Assembly (NCBI GenBank): GCA_045863295.1
Contig: BTWA01000003.1
Span: 128,001 to 192,000, forward strand
DNA length: 64,000 nucleotides
Direction of reading: 5' to 3'
From: Candidatus Hydrogenedentota bacterium
Lineage (GTDB): Bacteria; Hydrogenedentota; Hydrogenedentia; Hydrogenedentales; SLHB01
The notes beneath the pieces were generated by a model. That model ran no database searches. It saw only the letters and a program-made list of their open reading frames with translations, and was not told the origin of the DNA. Within the stretch, counting starts at the first letter, position 1. Each line of letters begins with the position of its first letter. A program made the position numbers and the translations under genes. Of the stretch, positions 37,763-48,048 are shown in pieces.

Positions 37763-38001
37763 ACCAATGCTCCTTGCCGTGTGGCGACCGGTTGGCCCCA
37801 CGCACTCCTGACCAGGCGAAACCATGACCGTCATGGAAGACGCGCCATTATACAGACGCGCCCGCACCGGACAAACCATGCCGGGCGGGGTGCTATTCCA
37901 TTCGTCCAAGCGCTAAAATCATGTCACGGCGAGGCCGGGTCACGCGCGACCCCTGCCCCGGCCGCAAACCGCCACAGGATACCTTACAACCGGAGCGCAC
38001 A

Positions 38002-38583
38002 ATGCCTAAGTCCAGCCCAAAACCTGTTTCACGGTGCGAATGGCCGAAGTCCGAGCTTGATATTCTGTATCACGACACCGAATGGGGCGTCCCCGTGCAC
38101 GACGACACTCGCCTTTTCGAGGCCTTCACACTCGGTGGCGCGCAGGCAGGCTTGAGTTGGTCCACCATTCTCAAGCGGCGGGAAGGATATCGCGAAGCGT
38201 TCCATCGGTTCGACATCGCCAAAGTCGCCCGCATGGGGCCAAAAGACGTCGAACGCCTCATGCTCGACACACGAATCATACGAAACCGGTTAAAAATTGA
38301 ATCCACCTTGACCAACGCCCGTGCGGCCATCAAGGTTATCGAGTCTCACGGATCGCTCGATCAATATCTGTGGTCGTTTGTCGAAGGGCGACCCATTGTG
38401 AACCAATGGAAGTCCTTGAGCGAATTGCCGCCGACTTCGCCCGCCTCCGATGCCATGAGCAAAGACATGAAAGCGAAGGGGTTTCGGTTTGTGGGGTCCA
38501 CCATTTGCTACGCGACCATGCAAGGAATCGGCATGATCAACGATCATGTAACGTCGTGCTTCCGGTACAAAGAACTCCGATGA
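38002..38583 (+). CDS. tag: DNA-3-methyladenine glycosylase I
   Basis: RC.W, YHDTEWG.P, QAGLSW.TIL, IIRNRLKI, GFRFVG.TI.YA.MQ..G..NDH...C. Confidence 0.93.
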   Translation: MPKSSPKPVSRCEWPKSELDILYHDTEWGVPVHDDTRLFEAFTLGGAQAGLSWSTILKRREGYREAFHRFDIAKVARMGPKDVERLMLDTRIIRNRLKIESTLTNARAAIKVIESHGSLDQYLWSFVEGRPIVNQWKSLSELPPTSPASDAMSKDMKAKGFRFVGSTICYATMQGIGMINDHVTSCFRYKELR

Positions 38584-39326
38584 ACACGGGTTTTCTGAAT
38601 CAAGCGGATCATCGCCCATGGCCCATGCCGGATCACCGGTGGGTAATGCGAATGCGCTGGCACCATCTCCTGTTTATGCATTGGCCTCTTGAGCCCGCGG
38701 CTATCCGCGAACGAGTGCCGGCCTGCCTTGAAGTCGATTGTTTCGAAGGGCACGCATGGATCGGCGTCGTGCCGTTTGGCATGAGCGACGTGGCATTGCG
38801 AAGTCTGCCGCCTTTCCCGGGAGCGGGGACATTTCCCGAAATCAACGTGCGAACCTATGTCAAAGTGAACGGAAAACCCGGCGTATACTTCTTTAGCTTG
38901 GACGCCGCATCATGGCTTGCAGTGAAGATGGCCCGAGTCACATTCAGACTGCCCTATTTTCACGCATCCATCGATCAGCGGAACGAAGCAGGGTCCGTCC
39001 GGTACCGGTCGCGCCGATGGAATCCACGAAATCCCAAGGCGAGTTTCGATGCACGGTATGGTCCCTCCGGCCCCGTTTACCGAAGCCGGCCTGGTAACCT
39101 GGACTACTGGCTGACAGAACGGTATTGCCTCTACACCGTAGACAAGGCAGGACGGGCTTTTCGGGGCGACATCCATCACATTCCCTGGCCCATTCAGACG
39201 GCGCATGCCACGGTGAAGGACAATACCATGCTTGCCCCCCTCGGCCTGCGGGTACCGGACCTCCCACCCTTGTTGCATTACGCGCACCAACTGGATGTGG
39301 TCGCATGGGCCATTCGTCCAGCGTAA
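38580..39326 (+). CDS. DUF2071 (YqjF) family protein
   Basis: HRPWP, W..LLF.HW, FPEINVRTYV, PGVYFFSLDA, WLTERY, H.PW; ATGA overlap with tag. Confidence 0.92.
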   Translation: MNTGFLNQADHRPWPMPDHRWVMRMRWHHLLFMHWPLEPAAIRERVPACLEVDCFEGHAWIGVVPFGMSDVALRSLPPFPGAGTFPEINVRTYVKVNGKPGVYFFSLDAASWLAVKMARVTFRLPYFHASIDQRNEAGSVRYRSRRWNPRNPKASFDARYGPSGPVYRSRPGNLDYWLTERYCLYTVDKAGRAFRGDIHHIPWPIQTAHATVKDNTMLAPLGLRVPDLPPLLHYAHQLDVVAWAIRPA

Positions 39327-39414
39327 ACCAAAACCTTGCACCGCGCACGGCGCTTCTCTAGGATAAGCAAACAGTTCGAACGCACGGCGCGTGCGTGACT
39401 TGGGAGTCTATACC

Positions 39415-40404
39415 ATGCAGTCGATGAGAACCGGGGCTTTTCTTGCGTTGACATGTGCCTCCATCGTGCTTTCCTCGTGCAGTGATCCCAACAAAAACAA
39501 ACTGTATTTCCGGCCCGCAAAGGGCGATTCACGCACGGTGGTCACCGAGTCGAAGATGAACATGAAAATGAATCTCATGGGCCAGAGCATGAACGTAACT
39601 CACGACCAGTCGCAGCGGCTGGTATTTGACGTCGAAGACGTCTCTCCGGAAGGAATGGTTACCATCAAGGCCACTTTCGAACGTGGCAAGGTCGCTACGA
39701 CCAACTCTCTGATGAGCCAGTTGGGGGCGATGACCGGAGGCATGCTTCCCGTGGACGGCGGCACGGCGGAAGCCAACAAGCTGATTCAGAAGCTGGAAGG
39801 CAAGAGCTTTACGGTCAAAGTCGGCCGTGACGGTAAAATGTCCGAAATTTCGGGGCTGGAGGCGTTAAGCACTGAAATGTTGGCGGGTATGGACACCGCC
39901 AGCCCTGCCCAAGCACAGGCCGTGGGATTGGCAAGCGGCATGGTAGATCGCGATACGTTGCAGCTCGTGCTCCAGAATCTCTTTATCCAGGCACCCGATC
40001 TGCCGCTCAAAAACGGAGACACGTTTACCGTCACCGGCTCAAGAGAAGTCGCCGCGATGCGAGTCCCGGTGCAATATACCGAGAACTACACTGTCACGGG
40101 CTGGGACGACCAGAAGGCGGCCATGTCGGTTACAACCGATACCTCCATCGCCATCTCCGGCGCCGATGTGGCCAATGCCATGGGGATGGGCGACTCGCCC
40201 GCGGGGGGCATGCTGAACATGAGCATGAACCTGAAAGGTACTGCAACGGGCACGCTGACAGCGGACCGCGCCACCGGATGGATGACCGTGCGCGACGAGA
40301 AAATGAAACTCACCGGCTCGATGGACATCGCCGTGGGCGGACAGAAGATGAATTTGCCCGTGGACACTGATGTAAACGTACGCGTGGAGACGTTTTCGAA
40401 ATAG
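39415..40404 (+). CDS. Lipoprotein, DUF6263-like
   Basis: Lipobox LSSC; beta-rich, D..TGW motif; TTGCAC-N17-TAGGAT promoter at 39336-39364. Confidence 0.7.
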   Translation: MQSMRTGAFLALTCASIVLSSCSDPNKNKLYFRPAKGDSRTVVTESKMNMKMNLMGQSMNVTHDQSQRLVFDVEDVSPEGMVTIKATFERGKVATTNSLMSQLGAMTGGMLPVDGGTAEANKLIQKLEGKSFTVKVGRDGKMSEISGLEALSTEMLAGMDTASPAQAQAVGLASGMVDRDTLQLVLQNLFIQAPDLPLKNGDTFTVTGSREVAAMRVPVQYTENYTVTGWDDQKAAMSVTTDTSIAISGADVANAMGMGDSPAGGMLNMSMNLKGTATGTLTADRATGWMTVRDEKMKLTGSMDIAVGGQKMNLPVDTDVNVRVETFSK

Positions 40405-40407
40405 CCG

Positions 40408-41421
40408 TTACTTGTCAGGCGACGCCAACATGCCCACGAACACGCGAAAGATGTTCTGATCGATTTCGTGGCTCATTTCGTCGCGCATAATCGTGAGCGC
40501 CTTGTACGTCTGCATGGCCTCTTTATAGGATCGTTTCGTCGTCAGGGCGTCGAACACGTCGCAAATCGTGGAAATGCGCACCCATTCCGATATCTTCTTG
40601 CCCTGAAGTCCGTCCGGGTATCCATTGCCGTTCAGTTTTTCGTGATGATGCCGCACCACATCCAGTGCCATCGGCCCCAATTTCTTTTCGTGCATCAGGA
40701 TGTCGTATCCATGCACAGGATGCAATCGCATATGCTTCCATTGATCGTCCGTCAGACGGCCCTTCGAATTCACGATTTCAGGATCGATACGGCTTTTGCC
40801 GATGTCATGCAACAACAACCCTTCGCCAAATTCTCGTAGGAGGGCAGGATCCGTAAGGCCCATCTTTTGAGCAAGACAGACGCTGTACACATACACGTTT
40901 ACGCTGTGCGTATACGTGTAATAATCATAGGAAACCAATCCCATCAAATGATGAAAAGCCCGATTCTCGCTGGCCAAAAACTTGGTCATCTTACCGGCCA
41001 ATTCCTGGCTCCGTGTCACCAATTCACCCGACCCCGGATTCTCGAATATCCGGCGCATTAATCCGGTTGCCGACGAATACAAGACCTTTGATTTGGCCGT
41101 AATCGGTACACCTGAATCGCCGAGAATGCTTTCCAGATGCTTTTCGACGTACTGCTGGTAGACGTCGTGTTCGTCGTCTCGCACCCACATGTGGGAATGG
41201 TTCAGCTCCGCCAAACGACCCAATACATCCTGGGTAAAAGGCAGGTGCTTTTCGCGAAACAATACCGGGGGCAAATCTTCCTGGGTGCGAAGATACAGAT
41301 CGAAGTTTGTCACCGAATCGACGCGCAGACTCGATATCGGTATTTCGATGTATTTGCCGCCGGAAATGTGCACTACCCGTGCCACTTCTCCCGTCGGCGC
41401 CACTATCACTCGGTCACCCAT
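40408..41421 (-). CDS. HD-GYP c-di-GMP phosphodiesterase
   Basis: YTYTHS.NV, LLHDIGK, HHEKL.G.GYP, I.DVFDALT..R.YK. Confidence 0.93.
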   Translation of the reverse strand: MGDRVIVAPTGEVARVVHISGGKYIEIPISSLRVDSVTNFDLYLRTQEDLPPVLFREKHLPFTQDVLGRLAELNHSHMWVRDDEHDVYQQYVEKHLESILGDSGVPITAKSKVLYSSATGLMRRIFENPGSGELVTRSQELAGKMTKFLASENRAFHHLMGLVSYDYYTYTHSVNVYVYSVCLAQKMGLTDPALLREFGEGLLLHDIGKSRIDPEIVNSKGRLTDDQWKHMRLHPVHGYDILMHEKKLGPMALDVVRHHHEKLNGNGYPDGLQGKKISEWVRISTICDVFDALTTKRSYKEAMQTYKALTIMRDEMSHEIDQNIFRVFVGMLASPDK

Positions 41422-41522
41422 CGAACTTCCTTCTGCAAAAAGTGACAATGCTTTGGGGGCAGAATTCGTTTCCAGATCCAGGGAGACCCCTGTTCTTGCA
41501 CCCGCGCATTAGAATACTGTCT

Positions 41523-42632
41523 TTATGTCGGTTTGGCAACCTTGTCAAAGACCGTCGACAAGATCGCTTCCACGATCAGATCGGCGGCGTTTGGGTGGGC
41601 GATTTGCCGGGCGCAATGCCCCATCAAATGCAGCGACTCCTGATTTCCAAGCAGTCGGCGGATGGCTGTCTGCAATGCCTCCGCGCTGCATTCGCTTTCC
41701 AGCATCAGCATCGCGGCTCCCGCGCGTTCCAACGCGCGCGCATTGTGCTCCTGATGATTGTCCGTCGCATGCGGGTAGGGAATAAGGATGGATGGTTTAC
41801 CCAAACACGCCAATTCCGCCGTGCCTGACGCACCGGAACGGCATACCACCAAATCCGCTGCCGAGCATGCAACGGCCATGGTATCGATAAAGGCAAAGAC
41901 ATGCACCGGCACAGGCGCGGAATCGGCCGCCTGTCGCGCTACGGCGGCATCCTGCGTGCCTGTGCCCCATACTATCTGCAACTCATCCCTTTTGAATCGA
42001 GGCAGGCATTCCATGATGACACGGTTGATCGACCCCGCACCCTGGCTGCCACCATACACGAGCAGTACCGGCACGTCTTGCCGCAAACCCAGCGCGTCAC
42101 GAGCCTCTGCCATCGAGGGAGGGGATATAAAATCGGACCGGACCGGATTACCCGTCACTTCGGAACGCTCTGCGGGAAATTGGCCCATGGTGTTTGTAAA
42201 GCTTAAGAAAATGCGGCTTGCCCGTCGCGCGAGCAATTGATTAGCTACACCCAAACGCAAGTTCTGTTCGTGCAGAAACGTCGGAAGGCCCATTCGCTGC
42301 GCGGCATACACCACCGGCAGCGAAACATAGCCGCCTACACCTAGTACCGCATCCGGTTGAAAAGTACGAATGTACAAAATGGCTTTACACAGTGACCAGG
42401 CCATTTTCACCGTTACCCACAGCTTGCGCAATCCCATGCGGCGGGGCCATCCCTCCACCGGCAACGAACGGAACGCAATCGATCGCGCTTTGCAGATGCG
42501 CTCCTCGATCGCACCCGCGCGGCCCACCCACTGCACCGACAGACGTGGATCGCGCCGCTGTAGTTCTTCTATGACCGCCACCGCGGGAAAGGCATGTCCC
42601 CCGGTGCCGCCGCCCGTCACCATAATTCGCAT
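41523..42632 (-). CDS. murG: Lipid II GlcNAc transferase
   Basis: GGGTGGH, GGYVS.P, HEQN, GNPVR, GGSQGA, RSGA, HQ..NA. Confidence 0.97.
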   Translation of the reverse strand: MRIMVTGGGTGGHAFPAVAVIEELQRRDPRLSVQWVGRAGAIEERICKARSIAFRSLPVEGWPRRMGLRKLWVTVKMAWSLCKAILYIRTFQPDAVLGVGGYVSLPVVYAAQRMGLPTFLHEQNLRLGVANQLLARRASRIFLSFTNTMGQFPAERSEVTGNPVRSDFISPPSMAEARDALGLRQDVPVLLVYGGSQGAGSINRVIMECLPRFKRDELQIVWGTGTQDAAVARQAADSAPVPVHVFAFIDTMAVACSAADLVVCRSGASGTAELACLGKPSILIPYPHATDNHQEHNARALERAGAAMLMLESECSAEALQTAIRRLLGNQESLHLMGHCARQIAHPNAADLIVEAILSTVFDKVAKPT

Positions 42633-42649
42633 GGCTGGTTTGCTTTGTG

Positions 42650-43783
42650 TTATGCGGCAACCGGGCGCCGCGCACTCTCATGCACTTCGCACTGAACCGC
42701 AATATTAAACAGTACGCCAACAGACAACATATTGGCTAGCAAGGAAGACCCGCCCTCGCTGATGAACGGCAGGGCCAAACCCTTGGTGGGAAGTAAACCG
42801 GTGACCACCCCCATGTTCAATCCGGCCTGAAGAGTGACCAAAAATACAATACCCGCCGCCAGCAGAGTGCCGAATGTATCCGGCGCACTCAGTGCAATTC
42901 TGCGACCCACCACAAGCAGCGTGACAAATAAAAATACCAGAATGATCGAACCGGCCAACCCCATTTCCTCCCCCCAGACCGAAAAAATGAAGTCTGAATG
43001 CGCATCCGGAAGAAAATTGAGTTTCTGTTCGCCAGCCCCAAGCCCTTTGCCCCACATTGATCCCCGCGCAAACCCGGAGATGGACTCAATCAGTTGCATA
43101 CCCCCCTCGGACGAACGATATGCCCACGGATCGAACAGAGCTCGCACGCGTTCCAGGCGATACGGTTCTTGAATAATGGCTGCAATAAATCCCACGATGC
43201 CAGGCGTCACTATTAGGCCCAATTGCCAAAGAGGCGCGCCGGCCACAAACAACAGTATCATCATGCACGCACCCATAACCACGGGGGTTCCAAGGTCTTG
43301 TTGCATGAACACGAGTCCCCCAAACAGTGCGGTCCACAGCACGGCCGGAATAAACATCGTAAAGAACCGCACCCCCTTTTCCGAGGAATGCGCCAGCTTG
43401 GCCGATAACACGATAATCAATACCAGCTTGGCGAGTTCGGACGCCTGCAACGTGAACCCGCCCAAATTGATCCATCTGCGCCCGCCGCGGATTTCTTCGG
43501 AAATGAACAGCGTCAATACTAGAAGTCCGATGATCCCGATCACGAGCATGCCTCGAACGCCCAAGCGCAAATAATTGTGATAGTCGAACCTCGCGGCAAG
43601 TATCATCACGGCGAATCCAACCACCACCTTGATGAGTTGCTCGATCAAGTAGTGCGGCGACACCGTGCCGTCGAATTCCTTGTTGTCGTACACGTTTACG
43701 GAATTCGCGCTGTATACCATCAATGTGCCCAGCAGGATCAAAATGAGCACGACGTTGAGCAGGATCGTCGTTTCCCGGTTCAT
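42650..43783 (-). CDS. ftsW: SEDS peptidoglycan polymerase FtsW
   Basis: RRWI, Q.SE.AK, DLGT, LPDAHSDFIF...GEE.G, PTKGL.LPFIS.GGSS; dcw context. Confidence 0.95.
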   Translation of the reverse strand: MNRETTILLNVVLILILLGTLMVYSANSVNVYDNKEFDGTVSPHYLIEQLIKVVVGFAVMILAARFDYHNYLRLGVRGMLVIGIIGLLVLTLFISEEIRGGRRWINLGGFTLQASELAKLVLIIVLSAKLAHSSEKGVRFFTMFIPAVLWTALFGGLVFMQQDLGTPVVMGACMMILLFVAGAPLWQLGLIVTPGIVGFIAAIIQEPYRLERVRALFDPWAYRSSEGGMQLIESISGFARGSMWGKGLGAGEQKLNFLPDAHSDFIFSVWGEEMGLAGSIILVFLFVTLLVVGRRIALSAPDTFGTLLAAGIVFLVTLQAGLNMGVVTGLLPTKGLALPFISEGGSSLLANMLSVGVLFNIAVQCEVHESARRPVAA

Positions 43784-45138
43784 GATGCCACCCCTAGACG
43801 TTGCATCCGTGCCACGCACTCCTTGAAGACGCGGCCGCGATGTTCAAAATTCTCAAACATGTCAAAACTCGCACAAGCGGGCGACAACAACACGGAGTCT
43901 CCCGCGGACGCGGCGGCGGCCGCCTTACGCACGGCCTCGTCCATGGACCCCGCATGGGTCAACGAAACCGCCGCGCCAAACGCCTTTTCCATCTGGAACG
44001 CATCGGCACCAATCAGTACAAGGTGCTTGACACGCTCCCGCACGAGATCGGTCAAAACGCCGTAATCGGCGCCTTTGCCTTCGCCGCCCGCAATCAGCAC
44101 GACCGGTTCTTCGAAACTCTCCAATGCCACGCGCAGGCTGTCAATGTTGGTCGATTTCGAATCGTTGTAGTACTTCACGCCATCCAACACCGCGACATAC
44201 TCAATGCGATGTTCGACACCGCGAAACGAACGTAACCCCTTGAGCACATCGTCCCAGGCGAATCCGCCCGCATACATGCACGTTAGCGCGGCCAGCACAT
44301 TGGACAAATTGTGACGGCCCTTCAGTTGAGTGTCCGTGTGATGGGCCATCGGCTCGTCGCCAAAAAATATCGTGCCCGCCTTGCTTACCCAGAATCCCGC
44401 GTGCAACCGGTTATTGATGCTGAACGACCACTTTATCGACCGGGTTCGGCAGGCCATCGCGGCCACGCGCGGATCGTCATAGTTGAACACGGCCGAATCT
44501 CCGCTGTGCTGTTTCTCGAAAATGCGCGCCTTGACCGCCGCGTAGGCATCAACGCTGCCGTGCCGCGCGAGATGGTCGGGAGTCACGTTCAAGACGGAGG
44601 CAATCCACGGCCTGAAGGTTTGAACCAATTCCAATTGGTAACTGCTGACCTCCAACACCACCATCTCGGGAGCCGGATCCAGCAGCACGGCATCGGAAAA
44701 CGGCATCTCATTGTTGCCGGCCAATGCAACACGGTATCCGCATGCGGCTACCAGCGATCGCAGTAACTCAGTCGTGGTTGTTTTTCCATTCGTGCCCGTA
44801 ACGGCAATGATCTTCGGACGGCAAAATGGAAACGCCAACTCCAACTCGCTCAGCACAAGAGCCCCCGACTGCTTCGCCTGTGCAATCAAAGGCAACGCGG
44901 GTGGAACACCTGGGCTGGGTATCACGGCAAAGGCATTCTCCGTCGCGCGCGGCGTGTGCCCGCCGCATTCAAATGCCACCCCGGTTGCGCGCAACGCCTC
45001 TTTGAAAGGCTGTAACTTAGCGTCATCCCGGCTTTCCGTGACAAAGGGTTCCGCACCCTCTCGCAACAAAAGACGTACGGCGGCAAGGGCAGTCCTGCCC
45101 AAGCCGACAACGGTCACTCTTTTGCCGCGCAAATTCAT
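43780..45138 (-). CDS. murD: UDP-MurNAc-L-Ala:D-Glu ligase
   Basis: SPGVP, GTNGKTT, EVSSYQL, DHL.RH, HR.E, NDSKSTN, SPACASFD.F..FE.RG. Confidence 0.97.
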   Translation of the reverse strand: MNLRGKRVTVVGLGRTALAAVRLLLREGAEPFVTESRDDAKLQPFKEALRATGVAFECGGHTPRATENAFAVIPSPGVPPALPLIAQAKQSGALVLSELELAFPFCRPKIIAVTGTNGKTTTTELLRSLVAACGYRVALAGNNEMPFSDAVLLDPAPEMVVLEVSSYQLELVQTFRPWIASVLNVTPDHLARHGSVDAYAAVKARIFEKQHSGDSAVFNYDDPRVAAMACRTRSIKWSFSINNRLHAGFWVSKAGTIFFGDEPMAHHTDTQLKGRHNLSNVLAALTCMYAGGFAWDDVLKGLRSFRGVEHRIEYVAVLDGVKYYNDSKSTNIDSLRVALESFEEPVVLIAGGEGKGADYGVLTDLVRERVKHLVLIGADAFQMEKAFGAAVSLTHAGSMDEAVRKAAAAASAGDSVLLSPACASFDMFENFEHRGRVFKECVARMQRLGVAS

Positions 45139-45140
45139 GC

Positions 45141-46670
45141 CTACCTCAATTTCAATGTCGCAAGACTCATCAACGCAAACAATACCGCCAGAATCCAGAA
45201 GCGGATGGTCACTTTGGTTTCGGACCAACCCAAAAGTTCAAAATGGTGATGAAGAGGCGCCATACGGAAAATCCGTTTCTTGCGCAATTTGTACGATGCC
45301 ACCTGCAGTATCACGCTCCCAGCTTCCATCACAAACAACCCACCCACGACAATCAGCAGCAACTCCTGCTTCGTCAAAATCGCCATCGTGCCGATGGCGC
45401 CGCCCAGCGCCAGCGAACCCGTATCGCCCATGAACACTTCCGCCGGGTGTGAATTGAACCAGAGAAAACCCAGCCCGGCGCCCAGCAGCGCCGCGCCAAA
45501 CACGGTGAGTTCGGTGGCTTCGGGCACATGGATCAAAAACAAATAGGAGGACCAATCCGCGCGGCTGACGACATAGGCAATGGCCGTGTATGCCATGATG
45601 GATACCAGAGACGCCCCAATGGCCAGCCCATCCAAGCCGTCCGTCAAATTCACGGCATTCGATGACCCCACCACAATCACCATGACAAACAGGGCGTAGC
45701 CAATGCTCAACGGAATCAAAACCATCTTAAGGCCCGGAATCTCCAGCTTCGTGTGCAGACCCGGATCGAATGGCAGGATTATCGACGGAAACACGTCTTC
45801 CATCAGAATGCGATTGATCTGAACCCGCCGCCAGGCCGGCAAATCATCGCCTCCAGCCACCAACTCGGACACGGCTTGGGCATCGGTCGTGATGCCCGAC
45901 CATGACTCTTCGCTGTAAAACGCGGGGGAACTCAATGCGTTGTTCACTGCACGCAACACGTCTTCACGATTGGTATTGTATTCTTCCGCGACGGCGGCCG
46001 CGGTATGAACCGTTGACGCTCCCGAGTCCGAATTGGGTTCAAGCGCCGGCTCCGCCCCTTGTGAGGGTCTCACGTAGTTGTCATGAACCAATGCAGCGAT
46101 GTGCGATTGAGCGCCGTTCGAGGGCTGCGACAGGGCCTCGGTAAATTCGCGCCAATCCGAGACATCCCTGAGTGAAAGGTGACCCTGGCCATTGGTTATC
46201 GGCTCGGAAAAGGTAAGGTACAATCCGAGCGCGAGGCCAATTACGATCTGTCCGGCGAACTTGCCTTTGGCGGTCAACCCCAAATTCCGTTTCTTCCGCA
46301 AGGCCAGATAGTCGTCCAAGAACCCAATCAACCCCAGGGCGCTCAGCATCAACACGGATATGATGAGCAACCGGTTGGAAAAGCGGCCCCACAAAAACAG
46401 CGCAAATACCGTCGATGTTATAATCAGCGCGCCGCCCATGGTGGGTGTACCGGCCTTGCCCTTGTGCAATGCATGCAAGTCGGCCACGTGTTCCTGACGG
46501 ATAAATTGTCCGAATTTTACCGCACGCAGCCACCGGATCATCGCGGGTCCGGCCAAAAGCGAAATCAAAAAAGCCGTCACAGCCGCCCCGCCGGATCGCA
46601 CGGTCAAATACGTAAACAAATTGAGTATCGCAAGATCAGGGGTCAGCCATTCCGACAAATAATAAAACAT
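45141..46670 (-). CDS. mraY: Phospho-MurNAc-pentapeptide transferase with large periplasmic insertion
   Basis: GTPTMGG, GFLDD, NLTDGLDGL, FMGDTGS, PLHHHFE; 509 aa versus about 360 in typical homologues. Confidence 0.95.
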   Translation of the reverse strand: MFYYLSEWLTPDLAILNLFTYLTVRSGGAAVTAFLISLLAGPAMIRWLRAVKFGQFIRQEHVADLHALHKGKAGTPTMGGALIITSTVFALFLWGRFSNRLLIISVLMLSALGLIGFLDDYLALRKKRNLGLTAKGKFAGQIVIGLALGLYLTFSEPITNGQGHLSLRDVSDWREFTEALSQPSNGAQSHIAALVHDNYVRPSQGAEPALEPNSDSGASTVHTAAAVAEEYNTNREDVLRAVNNALSSPAFYSEESWSGITTDAQAVSELVAGGDDLPAWRRVQINRILMEDVFPSIILPFDPGLHTKLEIPGLKMVLIPLSIGYALFVMVIVVGSSNAVNLTDGLDGLAIGASLVSIMAYTAIAYVVSRADWSSYLFLIHVPEATELTVFGAALLGAGLGFLWFNSHPAEVFMGDTGSLALGGAIGTMAILTKQELLLIVVGGLFVMEAGSVILQVASYKLRKKRIFRMAPLHHHFELLGWSETKVTIRFWILAVLFALMSLATLKLR

Positions 46671-46696
46671 GGTCTCTCAAATTGGGTTGAGTGCGA

Positions 46697-48046
46697 TTAT
46701 GTCCGTGAAATCCGGGCGCGCAATGCCTCGATAACGCGCTCCATTCGCATCCCTCGCGACCCTTTTACCAGCAGTCGGTCGCCAGGTTTCAAAACATCAT
46801 GAAGGGCATCGGCCAGGGCTTCGTGAGTGTCGAAGGTTTGAGCGTGGGGACATCCCGCCACACGGGCACCCTCGATCGTAGCATACGCAAACGGACCATA
46901 CGCAAATAGACACATCACGCCGGAACGGCCCGCTTTTTCGCCGATTTGGCGGTGCATGGCCTCCGCGTCGGGTCCCAGTTCGAGCATATCTCCAAGCGCC
47001 GCCAGCCGCTGGCCACCACCTGGACGCGCCGCCAATCCATCCAGCGCCGCCGCCACGCTCAGCGGGCTCGCGTTGTAAGTGTCGTCGATGACTTCTATAC
47101 CGCCGATATCGAGCCGCTTGAATCGCGCGGGATCGCTTGTGGCTTTCTCCAGTGCCTCCTGGAACTCGGTCACGCCATGCCGCAACCCCACCGCGACTGC
47201 AAGCAGTACGTTGGAGATATGCGAAGGGCTCGGTAGCATCAACTCCAATTCGCCGATAGGGTCGACCGTCAGTCGAAGTGCCCCCGCGTCCGTGTATTCC
47301 CACGATGTCGCGTTGACCGCGCCCCCCGGTCCAAATCCTATCTTCTCTCCCGAGAACCGTTCAGCGATTTGCACACACCAAGGGTCGCCTGTGTTCACGT
47401 AGAACACGCCGTCTGGAGGCAACGCCTCGGCTATTTCCCCTTTGGTGCGGGCAATGTTTTCGATGGAACCAAACCCGGCGAGATGCACGGGAGCCACCAA
47501 CGTGACGGCGGACTCCGTGGGCCTCGAAAGCGCGCATAGCTCCGCGATATTTCCCGTATTGGCGGCGCCCATCTCAATGATCGCCGCATCGGTCGCGGCG
47601 TCAATTTGCAGTAACGATAATGGACACCCCACTTCGTTATTCAGATTGCCCTGAGTTTTGACAACCGTCAGGCGAGTACCCAACACCGCGGAAACCAAAT
47701 CCTTGGATGTCGTTTTTCCGCACGATCCGGTCAGGCCAAACACGAGAGGGTGATGGCGCATCCGGTGACAGTGAGCAAATCGCTGCAAGGCGGCCTGAGC
47801 ATTGTCTACAATCACGCACGGACCGCCGCTGAGCCTGGAACTCGCCACCACGGCAACGGCACCCTTGGAGAACGCCTCCGCGGCAAAGGCTTCGCCGTCG
47901 AAGTTCGGGCCCCGCAACGCAAAGAATACTTGCCCGGACTGCAACTTTCGGGTATCTGTGGAAACAGACGAAAAAGTCGCAATGGATCCGGTGGAAACTC
48001 CTCCCGCCATCGCGGCCAATTCATCGACTGTATACGACCAACCCAA
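46697..48046 (-). CDS. murF: UDP-MurNAc-tripeptide:D-Ala-D-Ala ligase
   Basis: TDTR, GSCGKTT, GNLNN..G, EMG, DDTYNASP, GDMLELG, KGSR. Confidence 0.96.
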   Translation of the reverse strand: MGWSYTVDELAAMAGGVSTGSIATFSSVSTDTRKLQSGQVFFALRGPNFDGEAFAAEAFSKGAVAVVASSRLSGGPCVIVDNAQAALQRFAHCHRMRHHPLVFGLTGSCGKTTSKDLVSAVLGTRLTVVKTQGNLNNEVGCPLSLLQIDAATDAAIIEMGAANTGNIAELCALSRPTESAVTLVAPVHLAGFGSIENIARTKGEIAEALPPDGVFYVNTGDPWCVQIAERFSGEKIGFGPGGAVNATSWEYTDAGALRLTVDPIGELELMLPSPSHISNVLLAVAVGLRHGVTEFQEALEKATSDPARFKRLDIGGIEVIDDTYNASPLSVAAALDGLAARPGGGQRLAALGDMLELGPDAEAMHRQIGEKAGRSGVMCLFAYGPFAYATIEGARVAGCPHAQTFDTHEALADALHDVLKPGDRLLVKGSRGMRMERVIEALRARISRT

Positions 48047-48048
48047 TG

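Noticed and set aside
45771..46193. Intein in MraY
   Set aside because: No N-terminal Cys/Ser block, no TxxH, no HN-C/S/T junction; the location is periplasmic
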